Source of the DNA: Chitinivibrionales bacterium
Lineage (GTDB): Bacteria > Fibrobacterota > Chitinivibrionia > Chitinivibrionales > WJKA01
DNA length: 22,756 nt
Assembly: GCA_041641555.1 (NCBI GenBank)
Contig: JBEPYC010000019.1
Location: 1 to 22,756, forward strand
Direction of reading: 5' to 3'
Shown: positions 16,206 to 22,756 of the stretch, piece by piece
Numbering within the stretch: the stretch's first letter is position 1
How the letters are laid out: every line of letters begins with the position of its first letter
Made by a program: the position numbers and the translations under genes
Notes under the pieces: generated by a model
What the model saw: only the letters and a program-made list of their open reading frames with translations
Told to the model about the DNA's origin: nothing
Database searches by the model: none

Positions 16206-16982
16206 ATGCGCACGGCATTTACCGTTTGCCTTTTCCTTCTCCTTTCCATACGTTCCTATTCTGATACTACTGGAGTTTTCGAAGTGGATACTTCTTCCGA
16301 GAACACTGTTATTCAGGATCTCGGACCCCAGAGCACATCTGCCCAGGCCGATACCGCTCAACCGCTGCAGGAAACCATCGGGAATACAGACGGGCAGATC
16401 CGTGAGTTCACAGTTGAATCCCCCCTAAAAGGCCGTCCTACAGGTATCAACGCCCGTCTGTCGGACGCAAGGAGCCGGGTTGTCAGCGGAACGGTTATCA
16501 ACTCGATAGGAGTTGGCCTGTACGCTGTTTCCTTTTCTCTCGGGGTTTCTGCTTATTCCTATCAGTCCTCTAATACCGCGGTTCTGCTCTGGATGGGCTC
16601 TCAGGTCATGACAATTCTCGGACCGATTGTGTCAGGAGTCGGTGGTTCGAACGCATACGATGCAGCGACCCAGGACTATAACATGCGGGTCGCAAGACCA
16701 GTACACTGGAATTACTACCGGGCAGGGTGGGCCTTTGCCGGAGCGAGTACAGCACTCGCGATGGTATCGGTAACAGGTACGGATGGGACCGGGTTTTCGG
16801 CACTCGGAAGCCTTGCCCTGAGCATCACCGGGAAAGTAATGTTCGTTATACATACCGTAAAAGCAACCGCCTACACCAACTCCATTATCGATAAAGTGCA
16901 GGGCTTTTCGCCTACCGTTGGTTTTGCTCCAACACTTTCTCCACAAGGCAACCCTGGGGCGGCAGTGGTACTCAACTTCTGA
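16206..16982 (+). CDS. Hypothetical secreted or polytopic membrane protein with a signal peptide
   Basis: 258 aa. The N-terminal signal peptide MRTAFTVCLFLLLSIRSYS is followed by an acidic, Thr/Ser-rich region and then several Gly/Ala/Ser-rich hydrophobic segments (GVGLYAVSFSLGVSAYSY, MTILGPIVSGVGG, AGWAFAGASTALAMVSV). GGGAG lies 6 nt upstream of the ATG. I recognise no family. Confidence 0.5.
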   Translation: MRTAFTVCLFLLLSIRSYSDTTGVFEVDTSSENTVIQDLGPQSTSAQADTAQPLQETIGNTDGQIREFTVESPLKGRPTGINARLSDARSRVVSGTVINSIGVGLYAVSFSLGVSAYSYQSSNTAVLLWMGSQVMTILGPIVSGVGGSNAYDAATQDYNMRVARPVHWNYYRAGWAFAGASTALAMVSVTGTDGTGFSALGSLALSITGKVMFVIHTVKATAYTNSIIDKVQGFSPTVGFAPTLSPQGNPGAAVVLNF

Positions 16983-17244
16983 CAAACAGGATCTCTTCCT
17001 CGCCGGGGTATTAGCCAGTTCCCCGTATTACCTTCAGTTTAATCCTCGCGCGTTCTTTCGGCTTTACCATTGCCATTGCGTTACCGAATGGTATCCAGGC
17101 AGCCCCACTCGGAATTTCACACCAACCAAACAAGGCTGATGCAGTGGTATCGATCGCTACCCCCTCCCCTTCTAAGGCTCAATCATTTGTCTAAAGTTCA
17201 GAAATCCTTCCTCAAGCAACAACAACACAAACATTCTGCACGTA

Positions 17245-17268
17245 GTATATTCTTCTTATGGAATATAC
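17245..17268. promoter_or_regulatory. Perfect 8-bp inverted repeat (GTATATTC-N8-GAATATAC) centred on the arsR-family start codon; candidate operator
   Basis: Read directly: gtatattc ttcttATG gaatatac. This is a 24-bp dyad-symmetric site of the kind bound by winged-helix dimeric repressors, including ArsR/SmtB proteins. It overlaps the ATG at 17258. Confidence 0.3.
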
Positions 17269-17620
17269 CATCAAAAACATACAGCCGGAAGCCAAAGATC
17301 TTGCGGGGCTCTTTGGTGTGCTGTCGAACCCGCTTCGCCTGCAGATACTCAAGCTGCTTATGGATGCCTGCGCAGAGAACAACAACAGCGGTTTGTGCGT
17401 CCAGGAACTCAATGCCAGTATAGATGTTCCGCAGCCATACCTTTCGAAACATCTCAAGATTCTCGAGTCAAACGGGGTGCTCGTTCATCGACGGGAGGCA
17501 AACAAGATGTACTATGCATTTGCCCAAAACAGCTCTATTTGCAGAATTTTCGATTTTCTCGGCACCTGCTGTGAAAAGTACAGCGAGTTTGCGGCCTGGA
17601 AACGAACATCCAAAACCTGA
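17258..17620 (+). CDS. ArsR/SmtB-family transcriptional regulator (probably a BigR/SqrR-like persulfide-sensing repressor)
   Basis: 120 aa. The winged HTH is LSNPLRLQILKLLMDA...LCVQELNASIDVPQPYLSKHLKILESNGVLVHRREANKMYYAF. Cys residues occur at positions 38 and 47 near alpha2/alpha3 and at 95, 104 and 105 in the C-terminal helix. The gene sits 20 bp upstream of the persulfide-reductase fusion gene. Confidence 0.85.
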   Translation: MEYTIKNIQPEAKDLAGLFGVLSNPLRLQILKLLMDACAENNNSGLCVQELNASIDVPQPYLSKHLKILESNGVLVHRREANKMYYAFAQNSSICRIFDFLGTCCEKYSEFAAWKRTSKT

Positions 17621-17640
17621 ACCAACGGGGAAGAGACGCC

Positions 17641-20091
17641 ATGAAATGCGTAATTGTCGGTGGAGTAGCGGGTGGGGCCAGTGCTGCGGCACGGCTCCGA
17701 CGCCTTGATGAATCAGCGGAAATAGTCCTGTTCGAACGTGGCCCTCACATTTCATTTGCCAATTGTGGTCTTCCATACTACATAGGTGGTGTTATAAGCG
17801 AGAGGGAAAACCTCCTGGTCGTGAAACCGGAACTGATGAAAAACCGGTTCAATATCGATGTGCGGGTTTCATCGGAAGTCGTTTCGATCGACCGAGAAAA
17901 AAAGGAAGTCAACGTACATGACCTCCACAACGACCGTCACTACACAGAGTCCTACGATAAGTTAATTCTTTCTCCTGGTGCCTCACCCATACGTCCGCCT
18001 CTCCCCGGAATCGGATCATCCAAGATCTATACACTCCGCAATATTCCCGATACCGATGCTATCGTGGGTGCGGTGGAAAAAGAATCTGTCCGCAAAGCAG
18101 TTGTCGTTGGTGGGGGGTTTATTGGCCTCGAGATGGCAGAGAACCTTCACCGAAAAGGGATTCAGGTCACATTGGTCGAAATGGCACCGCAGGTCATGGC
18201 GCCGCTTGATTTTGAGATGGCCTCTATTGTTCATCAGCATCTGCACATAAAGAATATTGAATTCTACCTCGGCGACGCCGTTACCGAGTTTGTGGAAACC
18301 GGCGATACCTTGACTACGGTACTGACCAGTGGTAGAAAGATCAATGCAAACATGGTCATCCTGGCAATCGGGGTGAAACCCGAAGTTCATCTGGCCAAAG
18401 AAGCAGGGCTGGAGACCGGACGTGGTATTCGCGTGTCGGCATCGATGCAGACCAGTGATCCGGATATTTTTGCGGTCGGCGATGCGGTTGAAGTTACCGA
18501 TTTTATATCGGGGAAACCGACGGTAATACCGCTTGCCTGGCCCGCCAACAAACAGGGGCGAGTGGCTGCCGACACGATCGGGGGAATAGAGTCCAGCTAC
18601 AAAGGGACTCAGGGAACCGCGATCGCCAAGGTTTTCGACCTCACGGTTGCATCGACGGGGCTTAACGAGAAACAGCTCAAGGACCTGGGCATCGGTTATC
18701 AAAAATCATTTACCCACTCGGCCAACCATGCGGGGTATTATCCCGGCGCGATCCCGATGTCGATCAAGCTGCTTTTTTCTCCCGAGAACGGCAAGCTCTA
18801 TGGCGCACAGATCGTGGGGATCAAAGGTGCCGATAAGAGAATCGATGTGCTGGCCACAGCAATTCGGGCAGGCATGTCGGTGTTTGACCTCGAAGAGCTC
18901 GAACTTGCTTACGCTCCCCCCTATTCTTCGGCCAAGGACCCGGTCATTATGGCGGGATTCGTGGCATCCAACGTGCTGAGGGACCGCGTCAAGGTTGTTC
19001 ACTGGCACGATCTGGATCAGATTACGAAATCAAAGGCCTTTCTTCTCGATGTACGCACCCCCGAGGAATTCAGTTTGGGGCACATCGAAACGGCGGTAAA
19101 TATACCGATCGATGAATTGCGGGGACGAACCGGGGAGATCCCCAAAGGCAAACCGGTGTATGTTTATTGTCAGATCGGGCTCCGTGGCTATGTCGCCTGC
19201 CGCATGCTCGACCAGCTCGGATACGATACGTACAATCTCAGTGGCGGATACAAAACATACCATTTCACTTCTCTGGAACAATCCAACGAAGACGTCTACG
19301 AGAATGACCAGGTAACGCTGAGCGATAATATCATAGCCTCCGGGGGAGAACAGACTGACGGTGAAGCCGACAAAACGATCGATGCCTCCGGGCTTCAGTG
19401 CCCGGGACCGATCATGCAGCTTTACAATGCCATCAAAACCATGCAGCCCCATCAGACGGTTCAGATTTCGGCTACCGATCCGGGGTTTGCCATAGACCTG
19501 AAATCCTGGTGCGAACGAACCGGCAACAAGCTTCTCTCGATGAAAAACGAAGAAGGGGTAACAACTGCCTGGATACGCAAAGCAGCATACGAGAAAGAGG
19601 CATCTGAATCACGAACCAACCTCGATGGTAAGACCATGGTGCTTTTCAGTGGAGATTTCGATCGGGCCATGGCGGCAATGATTATCGCCAACACATCGGC
19701 AAGCATGGGTAAGAAGGTCTCGATATTTTTCACTTTCTGGGGTCTCAATCTCCTTCGGAAAGACTCCCCCGTACGTGTAGATAAAAACGCGATCGAAAAG
19801 ATGTTCTCTTTCATGATGCCGCGAGGTGCAAAAAAATTCACCCTCTCCAAAATGAACATGATGGGTGCGGGGACGGCCATGATGAAAGGAATCATGAAGA
19901 AAAAGCAGGTCACATCCCTGGAAGATCTGATGCAGCAGGCATTGGATAATGGCGTGCGGTTTATCGCTTGCCAGATGACCATGGACCTGATGGGAATAAA
20001 AAAGGAAGAACTGATCGATGGTATCGAATTCGGCGGTGCTGCTACTTATGTCAGCACTACCGATACAGCCACGATGAATCTGTTTATCTAA
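17641..20091 (+). CDS. Four-domain fusion of CoA-disulfide reductase (CoADR/Nox family) with rhodanese, TusA-like and DsrE/DsrF-like domains (CoA-persulfide / persulfide reductase type)
   Basis: 816 aa. The FAD-binding N-terminus is MKCVIVGGVAGGASAAARL, with the redox-active Cys42 in SFANCGLPYY. A second Rossmann motif is VVVGGGFIGLE. The rhodanese domain has the active-site loop VYVYCQIGLRG. The TusA-like domain has the CPGP motif (GLQCPGPIMQ). The C-terminal DsrE/DsrF-like domain reads MVLFSGDFDRAMAAMIIAN...FIACQMTMDLMG. The Shine-Dalgarno sequence is ggggaagag. Confidence 0.9.
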   Translation: MKCVIVGGVAGGASAAARLRRLDESAEIVLFERGPHISFANCGLPYYIGGVISERENLLVVKPELMKNRFNIDVRVSSEVVSIDREKKEVNVHDLHNDRHYTESYDKLILSPGASPIRPPLPGIGSSKIYTLRNIPDTDAIVGAVEKESVRKAVVVGGGFIGLEMAENLHRKGIQVTLVEMAPQVMAPLDFEMASIVHQHLHIKNIEFYLGDAVTEFVETGDTLTTVLTSGRKINANMVILAIGVKPEVHLAKEAGLETGRGIRVSASMQTSDPDIFAVGDAVEVTDFISGKPTVIPLAWPANKQGRVAADTIGGIESSYKGTQGTAIAKVFDLTVASTGLNEKQLKDLGIGYQKSFTHSANHAGYYPGAIPMSIKLLFSPENGKLYGAQIVGIKGADKRIDVLATAIRAGMSVFDLEELELAYAPPYSSAKDPVIMAGFVASNVLRDRVKVVHWHDLDQITKSKAFLLDVRTPEEFSLGHIETAVNIPIDELRGRTGEIPKGKPVYVYCQIGLRGYVACRMLDQLGYDTYNLSGGYKTYHFTSLEQSNEDVYENDQVTLSDNIIASGGEQTDGEADKTIDASGLQCPGPIMQLYNAIKTMQPHQTVQISATDPGFAIDLKSWCERTGNKLLSMKNEEGVTTAWIRKAAYEKEASESRTNLDGKTMVLFSGDFDRAMAAMIIANTSASMGKKVSIFFTFWGLNLLRKDSPVRVDKNAIEKMFSFMMPRGAKKFTLSKMNMMGAGTAMMKGIMKKKQVTSLEDLMQQALDNGVRFIACQMTMDLMGIKKEELIDGIEFGGAATYVSTTDTATMNLFI

Positions 20092-20098
20092 AAGGAGC

Positions 20099-20122
20099 GG
20101 GATCGGAGTTCGCTCCGATCCC
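20099..20122. terminator. Perfect 10-bp hairpin (GGGATCGGAG-ttcg-CTCCGATCCC) between convergent genes; likely terminator, better U-tract on the minus strand
   Basis: The hairpin sits 8 nt after the TAA of the + strand fusion gene. In minus-strand orientation it is followed by gcuccuuuua, consistent with terminating the aldo/keto reductase transcript. On the + strand the tail is cuucuccucc, which is a poor U-tract. Confidence 0.5.
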
Positions 20123-20284
20123 CTTCTCCTCCTACTCCACCTGATACACGTGCAGCGCGTATCCATAACCGGCTCGAAAAGGCACCAGAAGCTGAAAATG
20201 CGCACTCTATGTTCGTGGTGAGCAATATCCAAGCCGGTAGTGAGCGTGCCCGATTATAACAGTAGCCGCATTGCCTGAGGTCAT

Positions 20285-21409
20285 TTATTTATTCTTGGAG
20301 AGCGCTTCATGCGCTTCTTTCAACTGCTTACGTATCGGGATATGCTGAGGACATTTTTCTTCGCACTCTCCGCATTCGATACATGCCTCAGCATTCAAAT
20401 GCTCGGTCCATCCGCCGGTACCCAGACTGTTGTACTTTTCTTTTGCGATATCCCACAGACCGTAGACACGGCCCCAGTTGTACTGATTGAAAATCCATGC
20501 AATCGCGACTTTTTGAGGGCAGGGCATGCAATAATTACACCCGGTGCAGTACAGGTCGGCCAATGCACGCAGCCGTTTCGTATGCTCATCAAGTACCCCC
20601 GTTTCCTCGCGGGTAAGGGGTGTATCAAGCGATGCCGTCTCTATGTTTTCTTCTACCTGCTGGAGCGTGCTCATTCCCGAAAGGGCGACTGATACATTTG
20701 GATTACCAAGCACAAACCGCAAAGCCAGCTCCGGAACCCGAGCTATTCCCTCGACCATTTCTTCAAGCACTTCCGAAGTCGCGCCGAGACGTCCGCCTGC
20801 AACCGGCCCCATCACGACGACTCCGAGTCCATTTTCCGAAGCATACGCGATGCCCTCTTCAAGGTCCCGGTTCAGCAAATTGTATTGAAGCGTGATTGAT
20901 TCAGGGTACCCGGTGTCGATAATTTTCTTGAGTGCCTCATTGCTGTCGTGAAACGAGCAGCAGATATGCTTGATCAATCCCTGATCGCGCGCGCTGCGCA
21001 TCCATTTGCCTATTCGCGGCTCAACCGCTTCTGTGTACCGCTTCCAATTGAGTCCGTGATGATTGTAAATATCGATGTACTCCACCCCGAGTCTCTCGAG
21101 GCTGTCTTCAAGGTTTTTCCACCATGTTTTTTCATCATTATCGTAGTAAGGATTCTTCGTGGAAACGATAATCCTGTCACGCCACCCCTGGAGAGCTTCG
21201 CCCACTACACGCTGGCTGTCCTTGTTGCAATACCCCACAGCGGTATCGATATAGTTGACTCCGGCTTCGAACGCCCGATGAATCATGGGGATGGCCTTCT
21301 CCCGATCCACTCGCTGGTTTTCACCATCGCCGATCATGGGAAGACGCATTGCACCAAACCCAAGTGTCGATACCTTCAACCCCGTTTTGCCAAGAACTCT
21401 GTACTGCAT
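20285..21409 (-). CDS. Aldo/keto reductase with a C-terminal 4Fe-4S ferredoxin-type cluster domain (COG1453-type)
   Basis: The AKR N-terminus is MQYRVLGKTGLKVSTLGFGAMRLP, followed by a TIM-barrel body. The C-terminus carries CTGCNYCMPCPQKV and CIECGECEEKCPQHIP Cys motifs. The track ORF extends a further 38 codons to 21523. I prefer the ATG at 21409, which is preceded by the strong Shine-Dalgarno aaggtggag. Confidence 0.85.
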   Translation of the reverse strand: MQYRVLGKTGLKVSTLGFGAMRLPMIGDGENQRVDREKAIPMIHRAFEAGVNYIDTAVGYCNKDSQRVVGEALQGWRDRIIVSTKNPYYDNDEKTWWKNLEDSLERLGVEYIDIYNHHGLNWKRYTEAVEPRIGKWMRSARDQGLIKHICCSFHDSNEALKKIIDTGYPESITLQYNLLNRDLEEGIAYASENGLGVVVMGPVAGGRLGATSEVLEEMVEGIARVPELALRFVLGNPNVSVALSGMSTLQQVEENIETASLDTPLTREETGVLDEHTKRLRALADLYCTGCNYCMPCPQKVAIAWIFNQYNWGRVYGLWDIAKEKYNSLGTGGWTEHLNAEACIECGECEEKCPQHIPIRKQLKEAHEALSKNK

Positions 21410-21719
21410 CGCTCCACCTTTCCGAAAATCAGATGTGTGAGAACTCTTTCGGAGGTACCCGCTTGACTTCCAAGTCATCCGGCCCTGATTGGCGCCAATC
21501 TCTGGCACCACCGACAAATCCAAATGACGATCAAGGGGGGATTCTATTCCAATCTACTTTAATCCGGAAGAACCGGCAACAGAATGGACCGGTACAGCCA
21601 CTGCGGTCTAATCTTGATCACCCATACCCCCTCTTATCCTGCCGAGCGAATTACCACCTATCGATCACCTGCCTTCGTTTTCGGAAATCACTATCAGAAT
21701 CGAGAGAATGGGAAGCTCA

Positions 21720-21763
21720 CATGATCCTCCTGGCCGAAACGGGTGCCGGGATCATGCTTTTCC
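21720..21763 (+). terminator. Long imperfect hairpin (CATGATCC...GGATCATG) followed by CTTTTCC; possible Rho-independent terminator or regulatory hairpin in the 457-bp divergent intergenic region
   Basis: Read directly: cATGATCC-tcctggccgaaacgggtgccg-GGATCATG-cttttcc. The arms are 8 bp and the 21-nt interior contains a small ccg-aaa-cgg hairpin. The U-rich tail is present only in + orientation. Confidence 0.3.
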
Positions 21764-21801
21764 GAGTGGAATGTGCTTTGCAGATTTCGCCAGTCAGAAT
21801 C

Positions 21802-21831
21802 CATTCCTGAGCATATGAGGCTTCAGGAATG
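21802..21831. promoter_or_regulatory. Perfect 9-bp inverted repeat CATTCCTGA-N12-TCAGGAATG, 36 bp upstream of the fasciclin gene start
   Basis: Read directly. The 12-bp spacer gcatatgaggct contains a CATATG palindrome. This is a candidate transcription-factor site or 5' UTR hairpin. Confidence 0.3.
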
Positions 21832-21866
21832 CACTTTCCACCAGAACGGGAAACAAAGGAGGGGAC

Positions 21867-22403
21867 ATGACACGAGGTACAGGTTGGGCGACACTACTTA
21901 TCGCTGGCGTTCTTGTCTCGGCAGGGATTATGCAATGTAGTGATGATGACGATGGAGTCAATGGTGCAAACGGGGCGGACAATTCAGTCTACAACTACAT
22001 TGCCGCAAACGACTCCCTTGCTACGCTCGAAGCGGCTCTCTTATCGGCAAACCTCGATACTACCCTGCAGGGAACCGGTCCTTTTACCATCTTTGCGCCG
22101 TCTGATGCGGCATTCGATAACCTCCCCGCGGGAACGCTGAATGCACTCCTTGCGACACCGGAATCGACCTTGACCGACATTCTTCTTTACCATGTGGTTG
22201 CTGGTGACCTGACGTCTACCCAGCTCTCGGACACCTCGTCCGTGAGTACCGTTCAGGGCTCCACGGTATCAATCGACACATCCGGCGATACCCTGACGTT
22301 GAACGGTTCGGCAGCGGTAGTAAGCGCAGACAACGACGCCGGTAATGGTACAGTCCACATTATAGATGAGGTACTGCTTCCAACCGGAATAACGCTGCCG
22401 TGA
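21867..22403 (+). CDS. Fasciclin (FAS1) domain lipoprotein
   Basis: 178 aa. The signal peptide has a lipobox-like end (LLIAGVLVSAGIMQC) and is followed by an acidic linker. The FAS1 signatures are TIFAPSDAAFDNLPAGTLNALL, ILLYHVVAG and VHIIDEVLLP. The strong Shine-Dalgarno aaggagggg lies 4 nt upstream of the ATG. Confidence 0.85.
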   Translation: MTRGTGWATLLIAGVLVSAGIMQCSDDDDGVNGANGADNSVYNYIAANDSLATLEAALLSANLDTTLQGTGPFTIFAPSDAAFDNLPAGTLNALLATPESTLTDILLYHVVAGDLTSTQLSDTSSVSTVQGSTVSIDTSGDTLTLNGSAAVVSADNDAGNGTVHIIDEVLLPTGITLP

Positions 22404-22428
22404 CCCATGACTGATTTACTTGTCTACT

Positions 22429-22457
22429 GGGAGGGGATCCGTCCCCTCCTCTTTTTC
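22429..22457 (+). terminator. Rho-independent terminator downstream of the fasciclin gene
   Basis: GGAGGGGA-tccg-TCCCCTCC (8-bp GC-rich stem) is immediately followed by tcttttt. Confidence 0.6.
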
Positions 22458-22543
22458 GTGCATTCCACCGTTTGAGTACCGGCATGGGCCCACCGATAGA
22501 CCACCAGGCCCGCTCGATAGCACCCCTGTAAGGAGGTGGTAGT

Positions 22544-22756
22544 ATGCAGCAGATTACCAAAAGTCAGGAACGCGCCTCGCGCCAGCCTGAAATGACAGTG
22601 GCATTCATGCAGGTCTTATTCGGAGTCGTAACGATCGTGGCCTCGGTCCTTGCGACATGGTTCACCGTGATCGCGCTCGGAGTGGTATTGGCAATCCGGG
22701 GAGCATTCGATCTCATACGGGTTATCAAATCCGAAGGAGCACTGCCGAAGGGACCA
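22544..22756 (+). CDS. DUF308/HdeD-like small membrane protein; 5' part only, truncated by the window end
   Basis: The ATG is preceded by the strong Shine-Dalgarno taaggaggtgg. The translation MQQITKSQERASRQPEMTVAFMQVLFGVVTIVASVLATWFTVIALGVVLAIRGAFDLIRVIK... shows the paired-helix Gly-spaced pattern of HdeD-family proteins. The ORF is open to the window end. Confidence 0.5.
   Translation, partial: MQQITKSQERASRQPEMTVAFMQVLFGVVTIVASVLATWFTVIALGVVLAIRGAFDLIRVIKSEGALPKGP

Noticed and set aside
16983-17244. Short dyads and direct repeats (TACCATT...AATGGTA; ccattgccattgcg) between the hypothetical gene and arsR
   Set aside because: The arms are only 6-7 bp with long spacers and there is no U-tract, which is within chance expectation. 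I report only the perfect 8-bp repeat on the arsR start.
18016-19982. Minus-strand ORFs of 228, 173 and 207 aa inside the CoADR fusion gene
   Set aside because: They are antisense to a CDS with four well-defined domains. Their products are His/Arg/Cys-rich junk frames.
21410-21523. 5' extension of the aldo/keto reductase ORF (MDLSVVPEIGANQGRMTWKSS...)
   Set aside because: It has no homology to AKR N-termini. The internal ATG at 21409 gives the conserved MQYRVLGKTG start with a strong Shine-Dalgarno sequence.
1-22756. Search for CRISPR arrays, insertion-sequence terminal inverted repeats, integrases, toxin-antitoxin pairs or phage-defence cassettes
   Set aside because: I found no regularly spaced direct repeats, no transposase- or integrase-like ORFs, and no small paired toxin-antitoxin ORFs on either strand. 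Gene content is metabolic, signalling and envelope-related throughout.

Overview
The window is bacterial chromosomal DNA of roughly 55-60% GC. It is densely coding on both strands and reads as a metabolic and signalling neighbourhood. I found no rRNA or tRNA genes, no CRISPR array, no transposase or integrase, and no obvious prophage or defence genes. Several start calls in the ORF track use TTG or GTG and look over-extended. I re-called these from conserved N-termini and Shine-Dalgarno sequences.

Gene order, with strand:
- <1..122 (+): C-terminal tail of a FAD-linked oxidase, overlapping the next start in an ATGA arrangement.
- 119..1156 (+): Zn-dependent medium-chain alcohol/polyol dehydrogenase.
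- 1199..3382 (+): sialate O-acetylesterase-family SGNH esterase with a signal peptide, followed by a bidirectional terminator.
- 5369..7528 (-) then 3494..5365 (-): an operon of an ADP-forming acyl-CoA synthetase and, 4 bp later, an acetyl-CoA hydrolase/transferase-family domain fused to a Pat-type GNAT acetyltransferase tail.
- 7529..7846: a 318-bp GC-rich, highly structured intergenic region.
- 9204..10334 (-) then 7847..~9217 (-): a YdjI-like SPFH/band-7 protein with a C-terminal triple zinc ribbon, translationally coupled to a double zinc-ribbon protein of unknown function.
- 10436..11812 (+): a Hanks-type Ser/Thr kinase with atypical catalytic motifs fused to a C-terminal cNMP-binding domain.
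- 11817..~13307 (-): a two-domain PPK2, convergent with the kinase with only 4 bp between stop codons.
- 13563..14783 (+): a response regulator with an HD-GYP domain.
- 14792..16000 (-): a THUMP-domain SAM-dependent RNA methyltransferase.
- 16206..16982 (+): a secreted or polytopic hypothetical protein.
- 17258..17620 (+) and 17641..20091 (+): an ArsR/SmtB-family regulator, probably a BigR/SqrR-like persulfide sensor, directly upstream of a four-domain CoA-disulfide reductase-rhodanese-TusA-DsrE fusion. This is a likely sulfide/persulfide detoxification module.
- 20285..~21409 (-): an Fe-S-containing aldo/keto reductase.
- 21867..22403 (+): a fasciclin-domain lipoprotein followed by a terminator.
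- 22544..>22756 (+): the start of a DUF308/HdeD-like membrane protein.

The most unusual items are the split Pat-like acyl-CoA synthetase / CoA-transferase-GNAT operon, the ArsR plus four-domain persulfide reductase pair, the cNMP-binding Ser/Thr kinase, and the structured 318-bp intergenic region.
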